Notes: a model not told the origin generated them from the letters alone. Shown: positions 13,401 through 25,750, numbered from the stretch's first letter. The stretch is DNA of 64,000 nucleotides from Strigamia acuminata (GCA_949358305.1 OX442314.1:11842001-11906000), one strand, 5' to 3'. Program-made: numbers and translations.

Positions 13401-16400
13401 GACTTTCGTACGACGGTAACGACCAAATCTCAAACAACATACGATCGTGTCCAACGCTAAACACGTGAACAGCTTGGTTAGTTTTAACGAACGAATTTAA
13501 TATTTCACCATTTTCACTCATATACGACGTAAAAACACCTAAAATAAATTAAAACAACAAAAATTTAGACTCAATTAACCTAAAATAAGACGATTTTTAC
13601 TCACCTGACGTATCGATGCTACTGTCAGTTAAATTCTTAGATAGAAAATTCGATTTGTAAAACCTCTTATTAAAGCCTAAAAAAAACATAAAAATGAATG
13701 TTTAACTCACTAATCGGTCACATAGTTGTATTTTGTACATTGTTTGATGTCGGCAGTTGTTTTCAACCAAAGACAAACAGAAAAATTGGAGCAAAACGAA
13801 ATATCAGACGTGTCCTGAACAGGCAATAAACAAGCTGCTTTGCTCAACGACGAATGGATTCCTCGTTTTGCATGCTGGGATTGAATCGCTCTCATTTCCG
13901 AATCGGAAAATATCACATGGTTCGGGCCGAAATAATCATTTTGCAGATTTTCTTCTATGGAGTCGTCGTCGGACATAAACTGAGTATCGGGTGAACTATC
14001 GGGAGATGAAATCTCTGGCGGAGTTAGAAAATGTAAAAACAAATTTGGCTCGAAAAAAGGATTCGAAATAAGCTGCCGAAAAGCCACGAGTAAAACACTC
14101 TAAAATTTAAGAAATGTAAAAATTATTGTTAGTATTTAGATTAATTAAATCGATTTAATTAAATTCTCTACCAGTGGAGGATCGGGTAATTTAAATAAAT
14201 TTATAAACAACGAAAATTCTTCGCTCGTGATCGACTGTTGAGCCACGACGACGAACAAATCCAATAAACTGGCTTGGAGATCTAAAAAATAAATAAATAA
14301 ATAAATAAATAAATTAGATTAAATTATATAATATTTATAAACAAACCTTTTAACAGTGAATTTTTTGTAAAGAATTTTTTAAAATTTTTAAACAGAATCG
14401 TTATAATTCCCTAAAAAAAGACGAAAGAATTATCAGCGTCAAAAGATGAACAAAATAAATGGCGTAAAATACTTGTTGATATAAACAGAGAGAATTATAA
14501 GCACTTTTTTTGCCTAATATCACTAAACGATAAATAACGGAAGTTAAAACTCGAATATTTTCATCGTCTTCTTCGCAAACCAAAACAGCAAACTTTTTAA
14601 AGAAACTTAAAATGAGGCCAATGATCGCCGGATAAGTGACATTGCTGTCAGTGGTCGAAGTGCGCGTTTTACAACCTCGGATTAAATCTGACGATTCTTC
14701 GTCGGCGTCGTAGCCACGATCGAAGAAAGAAACTGCTGGACTCAAACTCATGTCTAATTCTAGTTCCGACATATCCGCCTCTTCGTACAACACCGAAGTT
14801 GTCTATCAAAATTAATCAAAATCCACATTTATTTTGCGAAATAACTTTAAAAAAATAAAAAAAACTTACAGCAATTTCTTTCGATAACACTTTTCGATTA
14901 AAAAACGATCCTTGAGCGGTGCTTAAAAGCGTTTCCAACAGCGAAGTGACAACTTCTGACGGCCATTCGATGCACAGTCTCGAAAAAACTTCCATTTCCT
15001 CCACCAATTTTTCCTGATTAATTAACTACAATATTTTTTAAATAAATTAGTATCAAATTTCAAACGTCAAAATTGTATTTATAAATCTAAACAAACCTGT
15101 TTCGTGGAATTATCCCCGACCGTGAACGGACTGACGTGCAGACAAACGGATAACAAAATTCCCAACGTTGTAAAAGCCGTTTTCAAAAACTTCCCATCTA
15201 ATAATTCCGCCTCACTTTTCACGGCTGAAATAAATTTCAAAATCAATTATTCAATTACCAGAAATGCTCTCATTGAGCGCGGGATACTGATTGGACGCGG
15301 TATCCCTTACAACGCGGCTGGAACGTGCAAAATGCATTTTGCAAACCAAAAAATCTATTTTTAAGTGCAAAAATGCATATTTTATGTGCAAAAATCGACT
15401 TTGAAAGTGCAAAAATGCATTTAATGGTGCATAATGCACTTTTCATGTGCAAAATGCTCTTTTTTGCAATTTTTATGTGCAAAAATCAACCTTTTGAAAT
15501 TGAAAATCAATTTTAATTATTGCCTAATCATTTCGTATGCAGGGAAAATCCAATATCGCGTGGCTATTCTATGTGAGCATTTATGGTAACCAATTTAATA
15601 ACACAATACCTGAGAAAAAATGTTTGGTCATTGTTTTCAAGAGATAGGTAAATGCTAGATACGCCGTAACGCATGTACTTCCTTTCTGCGCGTGATCTCT
15701 ATACGACTTGCATTTCTTCATCAAAAACAGCGACGTGCTCCAGATATCGTTTTGATATTCCAATTGCTGTTGGATGTGCAAACGGTTCGAAATTCCCCGA
15801 TCGCTGTCGTTAAAAACGGACGAAATGGTCGCGCACTGATCGACGATGATCTCTTCCAGCGCTTGAACCGAGATCAAATCTGCCAAACCGTTACAACCGA
15901 TCAATTTATTCGTTTCGGTCATGATCAAAACGTTTATAGTTCGCAAAATCAACGGTCCGTAAATACCCTTCTTCAACTGTATCTTGAGTAACTCCAACCC
16001 GCCGCTCTGCAGGAAAATGTCGGCCAAATCGTCGCGCTTGAGTAAATGCGCGAAACTTCGCAGACAAAACAACGTCAAATGTTCCGCGCGTCGAGGCTTG
16101 AAAAATATCGGACAAATCACGTTCAAAAATATCTCTCGCGCGACTACTGATTTCTCACAAAGGCACAACTGCAGAATGTGTTTTTCCAATTGGTGCGTGA
16201 AGAGCGAATCTTCGGACGAGAATAGAAAATTCGTGTAAAGATTCGACGATTCCGACATCGTCAAACCGTTTTTAATCGCTTCCGTCGAAACTTTCTCCTC
16301 GATTTCTTTCTTCCCACAAACATCGCAGCATTTGTTCGTCGAAAAATCGTCCGCGACCAACTGGTCCAACGCGCACGTTTCGATGAAATTAAAAACCGTC

Positions 16401-18630
16401 TCGCGAACAAAGACCGCTTGCGAGTAAACATTGGACAACAGACTGGTCAAGATCGAATCGAGTCTCAAACAGCAGCAAAACCCGACTTTCTGCAGCGAAG
16501 ACAAGACGACACGATGCGTCGACGAATTGCGCGATTTCTCGTAAATCTGCAGCAGAACTTGCACGTAATTGGCCACGCTGCATTTCTCGCTGCCGAAGTT
16601 GTCGTAATGGTGATAACTATACGTCTTAAAATCGCATCGTTTGTGCAGAATCTTGTTGCAGTCCTTCGCGTGCCACTGCGCGGCTCTCCTCTTCTTGATC
16701 TTCGATATCGTTTCCGTCACCTTGGAAATTATATTTTCAATTTTACTCGAAATTGACGCATCTCCCTCGCAAAATCTCTCGTGTTCAACGAAATTAGCCG
16801 CGATGACGACCCGTTGGGAGCGCGTGAAGTGCGCCACGTGCGATAAACGTTCGTAACTCTCCGAAGCGAGACATTGAGCACTCACGATGCACGATAAAAT
16901 GAGACAACCGCACACGACGTTAAAGTTTAACAGCGAAAACTCTTCCAAACATTTATCTTCTTCTTCTTCTTCGCCCAATAATCCCTCGTTTCTGCCAAGA
17001 AGAGCCAACAGATTCTCGATCACGCAGTTTTTCTCGCCGTGGACGTTCATTCCGTTCAATCCGTTCACCAAAACGTCGGACGAGGTGAAAATCAACGAAA
17101 GCAACTGTTGTTTGATGCGGTAAGCGTCTTCCGGCGACCAATCGGTCAGGCTAGAATCGGTGTAAATCGATTCGAACATGTTTAAAGCGAATGCCAGAAT
17201 GTCGGCCGAAATGGGTTGGTTTAAAATCATCTTGCTTTTCACGCGGTCGTCTTGTAAACTGATTTTCAACAATAATTCGATAACGCAGTCGCAGAATTGG
17301 ACGAAACTCAACGATTTGGGCACGGAGTCCTGCACGTAAGAATTTTTCTCCGATGGAATTTCTTCGTCGCTTTCAACGTCGGAGCTCTTTACGTTCGGCA
17401 ACGAAAAATATTTCCACGGGGTCGGATTGGAGACGTCCAACTGCTGAATCGAAGTTTCTAATTTCCTCGTGTCCTTTACCGACTCGTTCTCGCTCGATGA
17501 AAGTATCAATACTTTCGGAGAAGATCCGGGCATTTTTGAAACACGATTCGCTTTTTTCAGAGTGAAATTATCCCTTTTGGACAGTGACGATGGAGATCGG
17601 TGTTTAGCGAATGTGCGGAAACAATCTTCGATGTTGTTAAAACGTGGTTGAGCCATTGGATTTGATAAATAATCTAAAACGGATTAAAAAATACACGTTA
17701 AAACACGATTTTTTAAGTGTTTATTTTGTTGATTTTTACTTGTTTGAGTCAATGAATAGAGATAAAATTGTTTGCTCAATGGAAACAGTGATAAAAGCAA
17801 CTTCGCGAGATCATTATTACAGGGCAATGTCTAAAGAAAAAAAAAAAATATTTAAAAACGTAAAAAAATAAAAGTGACCAGTTCTCAGGGTTTCTTATAA
17901 TTTCTCGGGGTGACTGAATTTCCGTTATTTAATGCATAAATAACACGACTTTTAACATTTAAACGGTAGAATAATCACCGTAGATTTGAATCGATTCGTT
18001 ATTTTTATTATTTTTCATTATTTTTCGATGTTTTTCAATTTTTTCCCGATTTTTTCGGATCGATGCGGTGCAGTTTGGAGCCGTGTCGTTTTCTACGGTT
18101 TTATTTTGTATTTTTGTTCCCCGGGTTGTGTCAGGGTTTACAAAAACTGAAATTTGGTCACCCTACGAAAAATGTACAAAAAATATAAATAAATCGAGCA
18201 AAATATTATTCCAAACCTGAACACCGACTAGTTTGATTAACCATAAAATTTTCCAGCCGCGTCCTTCGAGCAGATAATGAATTAAAGGTGTGATATCTTC
18301 GTTTTCCAAAGAGCATTCCGTACACAGACGATGAACGTCGCTCAAAAACTGACTCGTTAAAATGTTGCCGCAGCTCGTCAAATCGTCAAATTCGGGACAT
18401 TTTTCAAAATCGTGTTTTTCTTTCAGATGTAAAAAAGTGTCCAAAAATCGATCCAATTTGTCATTCTTTTGCTGTGACAATGCAAAAAGATAATCAATGT
18501 TACACAAACGATATATAAATACACATTAGCGCATAAAATGACGTTAACTCACATCCGATAGATGAATGTTTACATTGAGGTAATCCTTCCATTTCTTCCT
18601 CAACGCACTAACAAATTGATGCGAGCTCAT
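4498..18630 (-). CDS. LYST: Lysosomal trafficking regulator (BEACH/WD40 protein), multi-exon
   Basis: LYST-type N-terminus ([17 protein letters not shown]); PH-BEACH ([58 protein letters not shown]); C-terminal WD40 repeats. Start and stop inferred from exon reading. Confidence 0.9.
11559..12071. repeat. 21-bp minisatellite (GTACTTTTCGGTCCCGTAACG, about 24 units) in a LYST intron
   Basis: Directly visible near-perfect tandem array with degenerate units at both edges. Confidence 0.97.
15258..15586. mobile_element. MITE, Tc1/pogo-like (TA target site), in a LYST intron
   Basis: Imperfect TIRs CCAGAAATGCTCTCAT / ATGTGAGCATTTATGG, each flanked by TA; internal AAAATGCATTTT-type repeats. Confidence 0.65.
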
Positions 18631-18967
18631 CTTGCCAGAATCGAGTGATTATCAACATATCAGTTATAAAACCGAAGGAGGGTGAATTTATCTCAGTCTG
18701 TAACATTACCATGAGTAACGTCATATGACTTCGGCGGTTATCTAGAAGAAATAGAGCACAAGCGAGCATAAAATCACGCACGCTCGTCTACAAACAGACT
18801 CGAAGGTTAGGGCTAGCCCGCGCACCATACCCAGATGCGATGCGGCACGATGCGGGCGTTAGGTGCTATGAAATAGAAATCGCTAATTTTTGTTGTGTTT
18901 CTATGGTAATGGAAAAAACTAAGTTATCGCTCCGTATTTATTATTCTTACAATTTCACAATTTTGAT

Positions 18968-19696
18968 ATGATGGACGATGTGGGGTATAGTAATGAAACT
19001 GTCACCAATCACTCGGACTCGAATCCCCAACCGCAACCTTTGGAGTTGACCTGCATGAAGAAGCGCCGTAAAAGAACGAGCATCACTTCATCGCAGCTGC
19101 AGAAATTGGAACAACTTTTCAAAGAAGAACCATGGCCGAGTCGAGAAAGCAAGGAAAACCTGGCCGAAGAAATCGGGATGTCCCCGCAATTTGTTAACAT
19201 CTGGTTCCAGAATAAACGCGCGAGAATTAAAAAAGAATCGCACGACGAAGAAACCGATCCAACGGCGTCGCCTCAGAAATCACCACGAACCAAATCCCAT
19301 CTTTTGGAGAACAAAAAGTTGCGAATACCACACCTCTATTCTCCTAGATCGACACTAACGAGCAAAGATGACCCAACAACCGATAAAATGGTAAAAAAAA
19401 TATATACTGTATTCTCCAGGCGTTTATTCAGAGCTTTAAGGTAAAAACAATTCGATACAATTTTCCATTTATTCCACATTTAGATCGGCGTGGACGGCCA
19501 AGAAAGTCAAGAAGTTCCATCAACTGTGACGTTATTTCAGTGTTTGACCGATATGATGGCCGTCGAAGAGGGAATTTTGACCAGTAAAGACCAACCGAGG
19601 TTCAACGATGCAGTTAACGACGCTCTGTACGGCATTTACTTAAAAGACAAAACCGTTTTCATGTATTCATCGAGCAGCGGCCTGGAATTTATTTAA
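18968..19696 (+). CDS. Divergent homeodomain protein, 2 exons (18968-19390, 19484-19696; ~211 aa)
   Basis: RRKRTSITSSQLQKLEQLF..WPSRESKENLAEEIGMSPQFVNIWFQNKRARIKK (Q50 homeodomain); a GT-AG intron joins the exons in frame. Confidence 0.88.
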
Positions 19697-19730
19697 ACAA
19701 AAAATACTAATTTCTAATTATTTATTAAAT

Positions 19731-20309
19731 TCAAATTTCATCATTTTCCCTCTTCAATTTCTCAATATCTGCGAGTAACCCCTGAATGGTGCCTGAATGC
19801 GCTTTCATTTTCCTCTGAATTGCCATCGCGCGAACATTTTCAGCCGTCAATTCGACGTCCGCACCATCAACTCGAACAAAACACTGTCGTCCATCCCTCA
19901 ATGAATACAAAACGTCCATTTGCGGTTTGAGACGGATTTCGACGATGAAAATGTCTTCCTGTCTTTTGAGGGTTGTATTGGCCAAAACCGGTACGAAATA
20001 AATGGCGGCGTATTGATGAATTAGACGCGGGAATATTTTTTCGCTGGTGATTCGGTCCCACGCTAAACGAACTTCGTCCCGTTGCTGGCGGTTCAACTCT
20101 ATTCCCACAGCGATTCTGTACTCGCTAAATCCGAAAAGAATCATCGACTCGAAATTGAGGTTCAGAGAGGCGCAAATGGCGCGGGTCACGTGCTGAGATC
20201 CCAATCCGTTTTGAGTTGAATTTAGTAAAGAAGCGGCTGTTGTGAGCGGTATCAAAACGCACGAGTTAGCTTGTGGTAGAGTTGTACCCATTTCGTAGTA
20301 TTCGGGCAT
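19731..20309 (-). CDS. Schlafen/AlbA_2-like domain protein (192 aa, single coding exon)
   Basis: AICASLN..MILFGF..VGIEL..RDEVRL..D..IYFVPV..IVEI..CFVRVDG resembles the SLFNL1-type AlbA_2 pattern (recalled, not searched); C-terminal coiled-coil-like segment. Confidence 0.7.
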   Translation of the reverse strand: MPEYYEMGTTLPQANSCVLIPLTTAASLLNSTQNGLGSQHVTRAICASLNLNFESMILFGFSEYRIAVGIELNRQQRDEVRLAWDRITSEKIFPRLIHQYAAIYFVPVLANTTLKRQEDIFIVEIRLKPQMDVLYSLRDGRQCFVRVDGADVELTAENVRAMAIQRKMKAHSGTIQGLLADIEKLKRENDEI

Positions 20310-20616
20310 TTTTAATGCGCAGAAAACCTGTATTGACAGTTAACGTTGAATTATTGAAGATTAAATTCAGCGCTCTTTGTTTTACCTCAAGCCGCCTGAG
20401 CCGGTATCGGTGGGTTTTGATTGGTTGCGACTTATGACGTCAGAAGTTCCTGTCGCCTCGCCGAGTCTCCTTAAGCGGGGACATCGCGAACTAAATTATG
20501 CTGGAATATAGTTACCTTGAAATTATGCAGTAAATATCCGGACGTTCAAAAAACGGGTTCACTTTGATTGAATTACGACTCTGTATATCATTTTACGACA
20601 TATAAATTAAAAAAAT

Positions 20617-22890
20617 ATGGCGCTATTAACGCAGATGGCAAGGTCCATAGTCCGATTAGGTCATTGCAATGTTAGCCAATTACAGCTTGGACAACTTCCT
20701 ATTGATTTGCGAGGAAGCAGGCGGCTTTTGCACATTTCCGCAGTCATGGTAAGTTGGAAATAAAAATAAATTAAATTAAATTAAAAAAAAAACAAACGTA
20801 TGCGTGCAATTTCTTTATTTTTGTTTAGGAACAACATCGAATTGAAACCGATACGTTTGGAGAACTCAAAGTCCCTTCGGAAAAATATTATGGAGCTCAA
20901 ACCGTTCGATCTCAGATGAATTTTCCTATCGGAGATGACACGGAACGCATGCCAGTACACATTTAAATTATAAAATATTAAAAACAATTATTAACCAACG
21001 TTTATTTACAGCTGCCAGTCATTAAAGCTTTTGGAATCCTGAAAAAATCAGCGGCATTGGTCAATAAAGAATACGGGTTGGACGCAAAACTTTGTGATGC
21101 GATCTGCAAAGCGGCTGACGAGGTTCAATGATGAACAGAATATTAATTTTAGGGCCGGATTAAGGTTTCGGGGAACCCGGAGCACTTACGACAGGGACCC
21201 CCATGATTATCCAGAAATAACATCTGCAGAAAAAAATGCATTTACAGGCTGAAAAATGCATTTTTTTGAGAAACAAATTGGTTTTGAACCGGAAAAATTG
21301 CATTTGCAGGCTGAAAAATGCATTTTTTGAGAAAGAAATTGCTTTTGAACCGAAAAAATTGCATTTTCATGCAAAACGATGCACTTTTTGGTGATATAAA
21401 TGAATTTTTTAATGTGTACCAGGGAGCCCTTAATCCACTTAATCCGGCCTTGATTAAATTCAAATTACTTAGTTGCAATACTCGCATATTAGGTGATCAG
21501 TGGTGCATTGTACAAAGATCACTTCCCACTCGTGATATGGCAAACGGGGTCCGGCACCCAGAGTAACATGAACGTGAACGAAGTAATCAGCAATAAAGCC
21601 ATCGAAATCATGGGCGGGGAATTGGGGAGTAAAAAACCGGTCCATCCGAACGACCACGTTAATATGAGTCAGGTATTTTCGTAAAAATATAATTAATTAA
21701 TTTGATTTTATTAATTTTTGTTATCTTTCTTAAGAGTTCGAACGACACTTACCCGACCGCCATGCACATAGCCGTGGCTTTGGAAATAAACAATTTATTA
21801 CTACCGAGTCTTAAGAAAATCCACGGCGCTTTGAACCAAAAAGCGATTGATTTCAAGGATATAATTAAGATTGGCCGGACCCACACGCAAGATGCAACAC
21901 CACTCACGTTGGGTCAAGAATTCAGCGGATACGTCACTCAACTCGCGTTTGGAATGGAACGAATACAGGCCACGTTACCTCGCTTGTATTTCCTAGCTGC
22001 TGGTGGAACCGCTGTGGGAACGGGATTAAACACGAGAAAGGGTTTTGCCGAGAAAGTCGCTGCAAAAGTGTCCGAATTAACAGGTTTAATTGGATTTTGT
22101 AGTCGATGACGTATATATTTATTTTTGTTATTTGTTTAGGTTTGCCGTTTAAAACCGCTCCGAACAAATTCGAAGCTTTAGCGAGCAACGATTCAATGGC
22201 GGAAGTGCACGGCGCATTGAACGTGATTGCTTGCAGTATCATGAGAATCGCCAACGATATTCGTTTTCTCGGTTCCGGACCGCGATCTGGGCTCGGAGAA
22301 CTCATTTTACCCGAAAACGAACCGGGCAGTAGCATCATGCCTGGTAAAATGTCGAATTTTTAAAACATTTAAACGAAATTTCAACGAAAAATGATTTTTT
22401 TTTTAGGAAAAGTAAACCCAACCCAATGCGAAGCCATTACTATGGTCGCCTGCCAAGTTATGGGAAACAACGTCGCAGTAACAGTCGGCGCAAGTAACGG
22501 TCACTTCGAATTAAACGTGTTCAAACCAATGATGGTTGCGAACGTGCTTCGGTAAAGGACGAAAAAATCGAACCGAAATCGATAGAATTTTAACCTTTTT
22601 CCTTTTATAGGTCAATTCGATTACTCAGCGACAGCATGGTCTCTTTCACCGACCGATGCGTGGTCGGCATCCAAGCCAATCGCGAAAGAATCGACAAACT
22701 TATGCAAGAATCTCTAATGCTCGTAACTGCCTTAAATCCTCACATCGGCTATGACAAAGCGGCGCAGATCGCAAAAACCGCGCACAAGGAAGGAACGACA
22801 TTGAAGCAGGCGGCGTTGAAACTCGGTCATTTGACCGAAGCGCAATTTGACGAATGGGTCAAACCCGCAGAAATGCTCGGTCCTAAATAA
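20617..22890 (+). CDS. FH: Fumarate hydratase (class II), mitochondrial precursor, multi-exon
   Basis: [70 protein letters not shown]-rich presequence in exon 1. Confidence 0.97.
21150..21452. mobile_element. hAT-like MITE in an FH intron
   Basis: TIRs AGGGCCGGATTAAG / CTTAATCCGGCCTT; near 8-bp TSD ATTAATTT/ATTAAATT; internal AAAATGCATTT repeats. Confidence 0.7.
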
Positions 22891-22992
22891 CTTTTTCTAT
22901 ATTCGAGCGTTTTTAATTAGTCAAAATAATGTGTAAAAATCAAAGATTAAGAGAATAAAACTCCTCATCCCGTACATCGTTCAAAACATCGA

Positions 22993-25718
22993 TTAATAAT
23001 CCCATTTGAAATTCATTTTCAAAAGGTATTTAACGTTGATCTGCGAAACATCGTACACAATGTACTCATTATACGACAAAGACGTATTTGGTACTGTGCT
23101 TTTAACGCCTTGACCCAAAGGAATCTCCACTCCATCCGCATCAACGTATGTGGCAGCCGGATCCGGTTCTATGGCTCCAATACCCTTAGTACTATCTTTT
23201 CCAGCAGGCAATTTAGTATTAAAATCTGCCTCTTTCAACTCGTGCCTAAAAAAATAATACAAAAATCAATAAATTATTTGATTATATGAATAATAATTAA
23301 AACGTACATATTGCCCAACGCAACCTCGCACAACATCATCAGTCCAATCGGATTGGATTTGTCGGTGTAACAGTAGCCGGCACTTTTCGACACCATGTCG
23401 GCGAAATAAACACCTTTGCCGAAGTTGTAACCCGACTAAATAAAGATAAAAGTTAAAAATACGTTCCGGGTTTGTATATAAAACTGTTTAATCTACCGGT
23501 GGCGCTTCCGGTGGAGCGATGCGTAATCCTTGCGACAGTATCCCCGCGTAATTAGTGACGCGAGATCCATGCCATAGCAGTTTGCGGTTATGGAGTTTCT
23601 TAAACGGCTTGTAGCGTTTGTTTTCGCCATGACGGACCACTTTGAACACGTCGATTATCTCCAATCCGTATTTGTTGTGCGTTTTATCGTGAGTGTTCTT
23701 CACGTATTTCTTAATCAAATCAAATTCTTTGGATTTACGATCAAGAACCTGAAATAAAATTTCAAATTAAGCAAAACAAAGAAATATTTTCATTTATTTT
23801 ATTTTTTACTTCAATGTCGGTTTTGAGTTTCTCGTAATGGGCATCGATGGGGTCCTTCGAGCCGTCGTCCACGCCCTGCAGCAAACTGTACGCGACTTCG
23901 ATTTCCAACAAGTTGTCCAACATTTCTATTTTCTGTTTAATAATTTCTTCGTTATCGAGAGAAGTTGGTTTTTTAATGCCAAAATCGTGCGGAATAAGAG
24001 TGTAAAATCTATTAGATGCGTCCAAGAACTTCGAAGCGGGCGCTTTAGTTCGAATCAACTATTAAAAAATAAAATACAAGTTAAATTATATTTCAACGTT
24101 TTAATTAATTAAAAAATCACCTGCAGCAGTTCGGTTAAAATAGAATAAGCCTTTTCGATCTGTTTTCGCGACAATTTACCCAGCGGCATCTTTTTCAAAT
24201 CGATCTAGAAGACAAAAATTAAAAATATACTTAAAATTTACTAATTTACTTCAATCTATACCTCGAATTCCACTAAAGCCTTTTGCATACTTTCTAAGTC
24301 GAATATCATGCGAATTAACTTCTGAATCTGTTGCTTGTGTTTTGATTTGGTGTTTTCAAAATCCTCTTTCAGACGTTTAATTTTCTCGTCATCCTAGACC
24401 GAAAATTTGTTATTAAATGCTCATTAATTGGCAATAAGTTTCCATACTTGCAGGGGCGGATCTAGCTTTTCGGGGGCCCGGGGCTTGCGATTTTTTCGGG
24501 GCCTCTTTCTCAAAATATTTACTAGCAACCGACCTTTTTTTTTTTTTTTAGTACATGGCCCAGAGTCTCGGGGGTCCCAAGGCTCAAACCCCAATAGCCC
24601 GATGCTAGATAAAAAGTTTCCATACTTGGCCATAATCGATATCCACAGGATAAAACTTATACGGGTGCTTGATAAAATGTTTGCGATTTTTCCATTCGTT
24701 TCTCGTTTTTGTTAAATACAACGCTTGAAACGAATTGATGGCATCCTCTCTATCAGTCATTTGCTTGACTTTATTACCGCCAATCGTGGTTCCCACACGA
24801 CCCCACGACTTGAACAACCAAAACCTATTAAAAAATAGACAAAAATTAATGAAAATCGCTCAAAAAACCGAGAAAACAAAATATTTCGACCTATTTTTCT
24901 TGTCTCCTTCCAAAATCTGAAGCTTATAAAACGAATTGGTTCCACGAGATATATCCACCATTCCGAGAATAGCGTTGTAGATTTCGCTACGCTCTTCCAA
25001 AACATGAGCTACGTCTTGTAAACCTATAGAAAATAAAAATAAAACCATTTAAAATCAAGAGTAAATTAATCGAAGAATTAAATTAAATAATCACCTGACG
25101 CTGGATCCACAGCAGCGCTCCATTTAACCGTCATTTTTAACTTCGAAGGCATACTTCTCGTGTACACAGATTCCTTCTCTATAGAATTTAAATTAAAAAA
25201 AGTAATTTAAAAATTTAAAAAGAAATTGTACAATAATATAATGAATTAAATTTGTCCATTTTTTGTCCGCTCCGTAACTGTCCAAAACCTGGTTCTTAAT
25301 CAGTTTTGGTCATCAGAAAGCAAATTTTGATTTTGGTAGATTTCGTGCCAGTTTTGCCAACTTTTGATAAACCAGGTATCTGCTCCCTTTCCACTATTCA
25401 AATCTTATTTCATTTTCACCTTTAGCGCCGCTCTTTTTCGACTTTACTCCTCCTGGAACGTGTTTAGATGAAAAAATTCTGTCCCTTTTAACATATTCAT
25501 ATGTTTTTCTAAATTTAAACAATAAAAATTATAATAAATTGTTTTAAATTGTCAATTTTGTTTAGTTTACAAAAAATTAAATTTTTCCTTCATTTGATCA
25601 GGTACTGTGAACGGTATTCTCTCCGGTTCTTTTGTAACGAAAGTGCATTTGGTCCATCTGGTCATATTACCATGACACCTATATCCCTCGGTCCTTAAAT
25701 TTAAAAAAAATTAATACA

Positions 25719-25750
<32 letters not shown>

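Noticed and set aside
15609..17660. GC-rich 2-kb ORF as a separate or foreign gene
   Set aside because: It lies in the same orientation within the LYST exon chain and ends at a GT donor; best read as a large exon.
17874..18164. Possible hAT MITE (GTGACCA...TGGTCACCCT) in a LYST intron
   Set aside because: The TIR match is short and no TSD was found; too weak to list as a feature.
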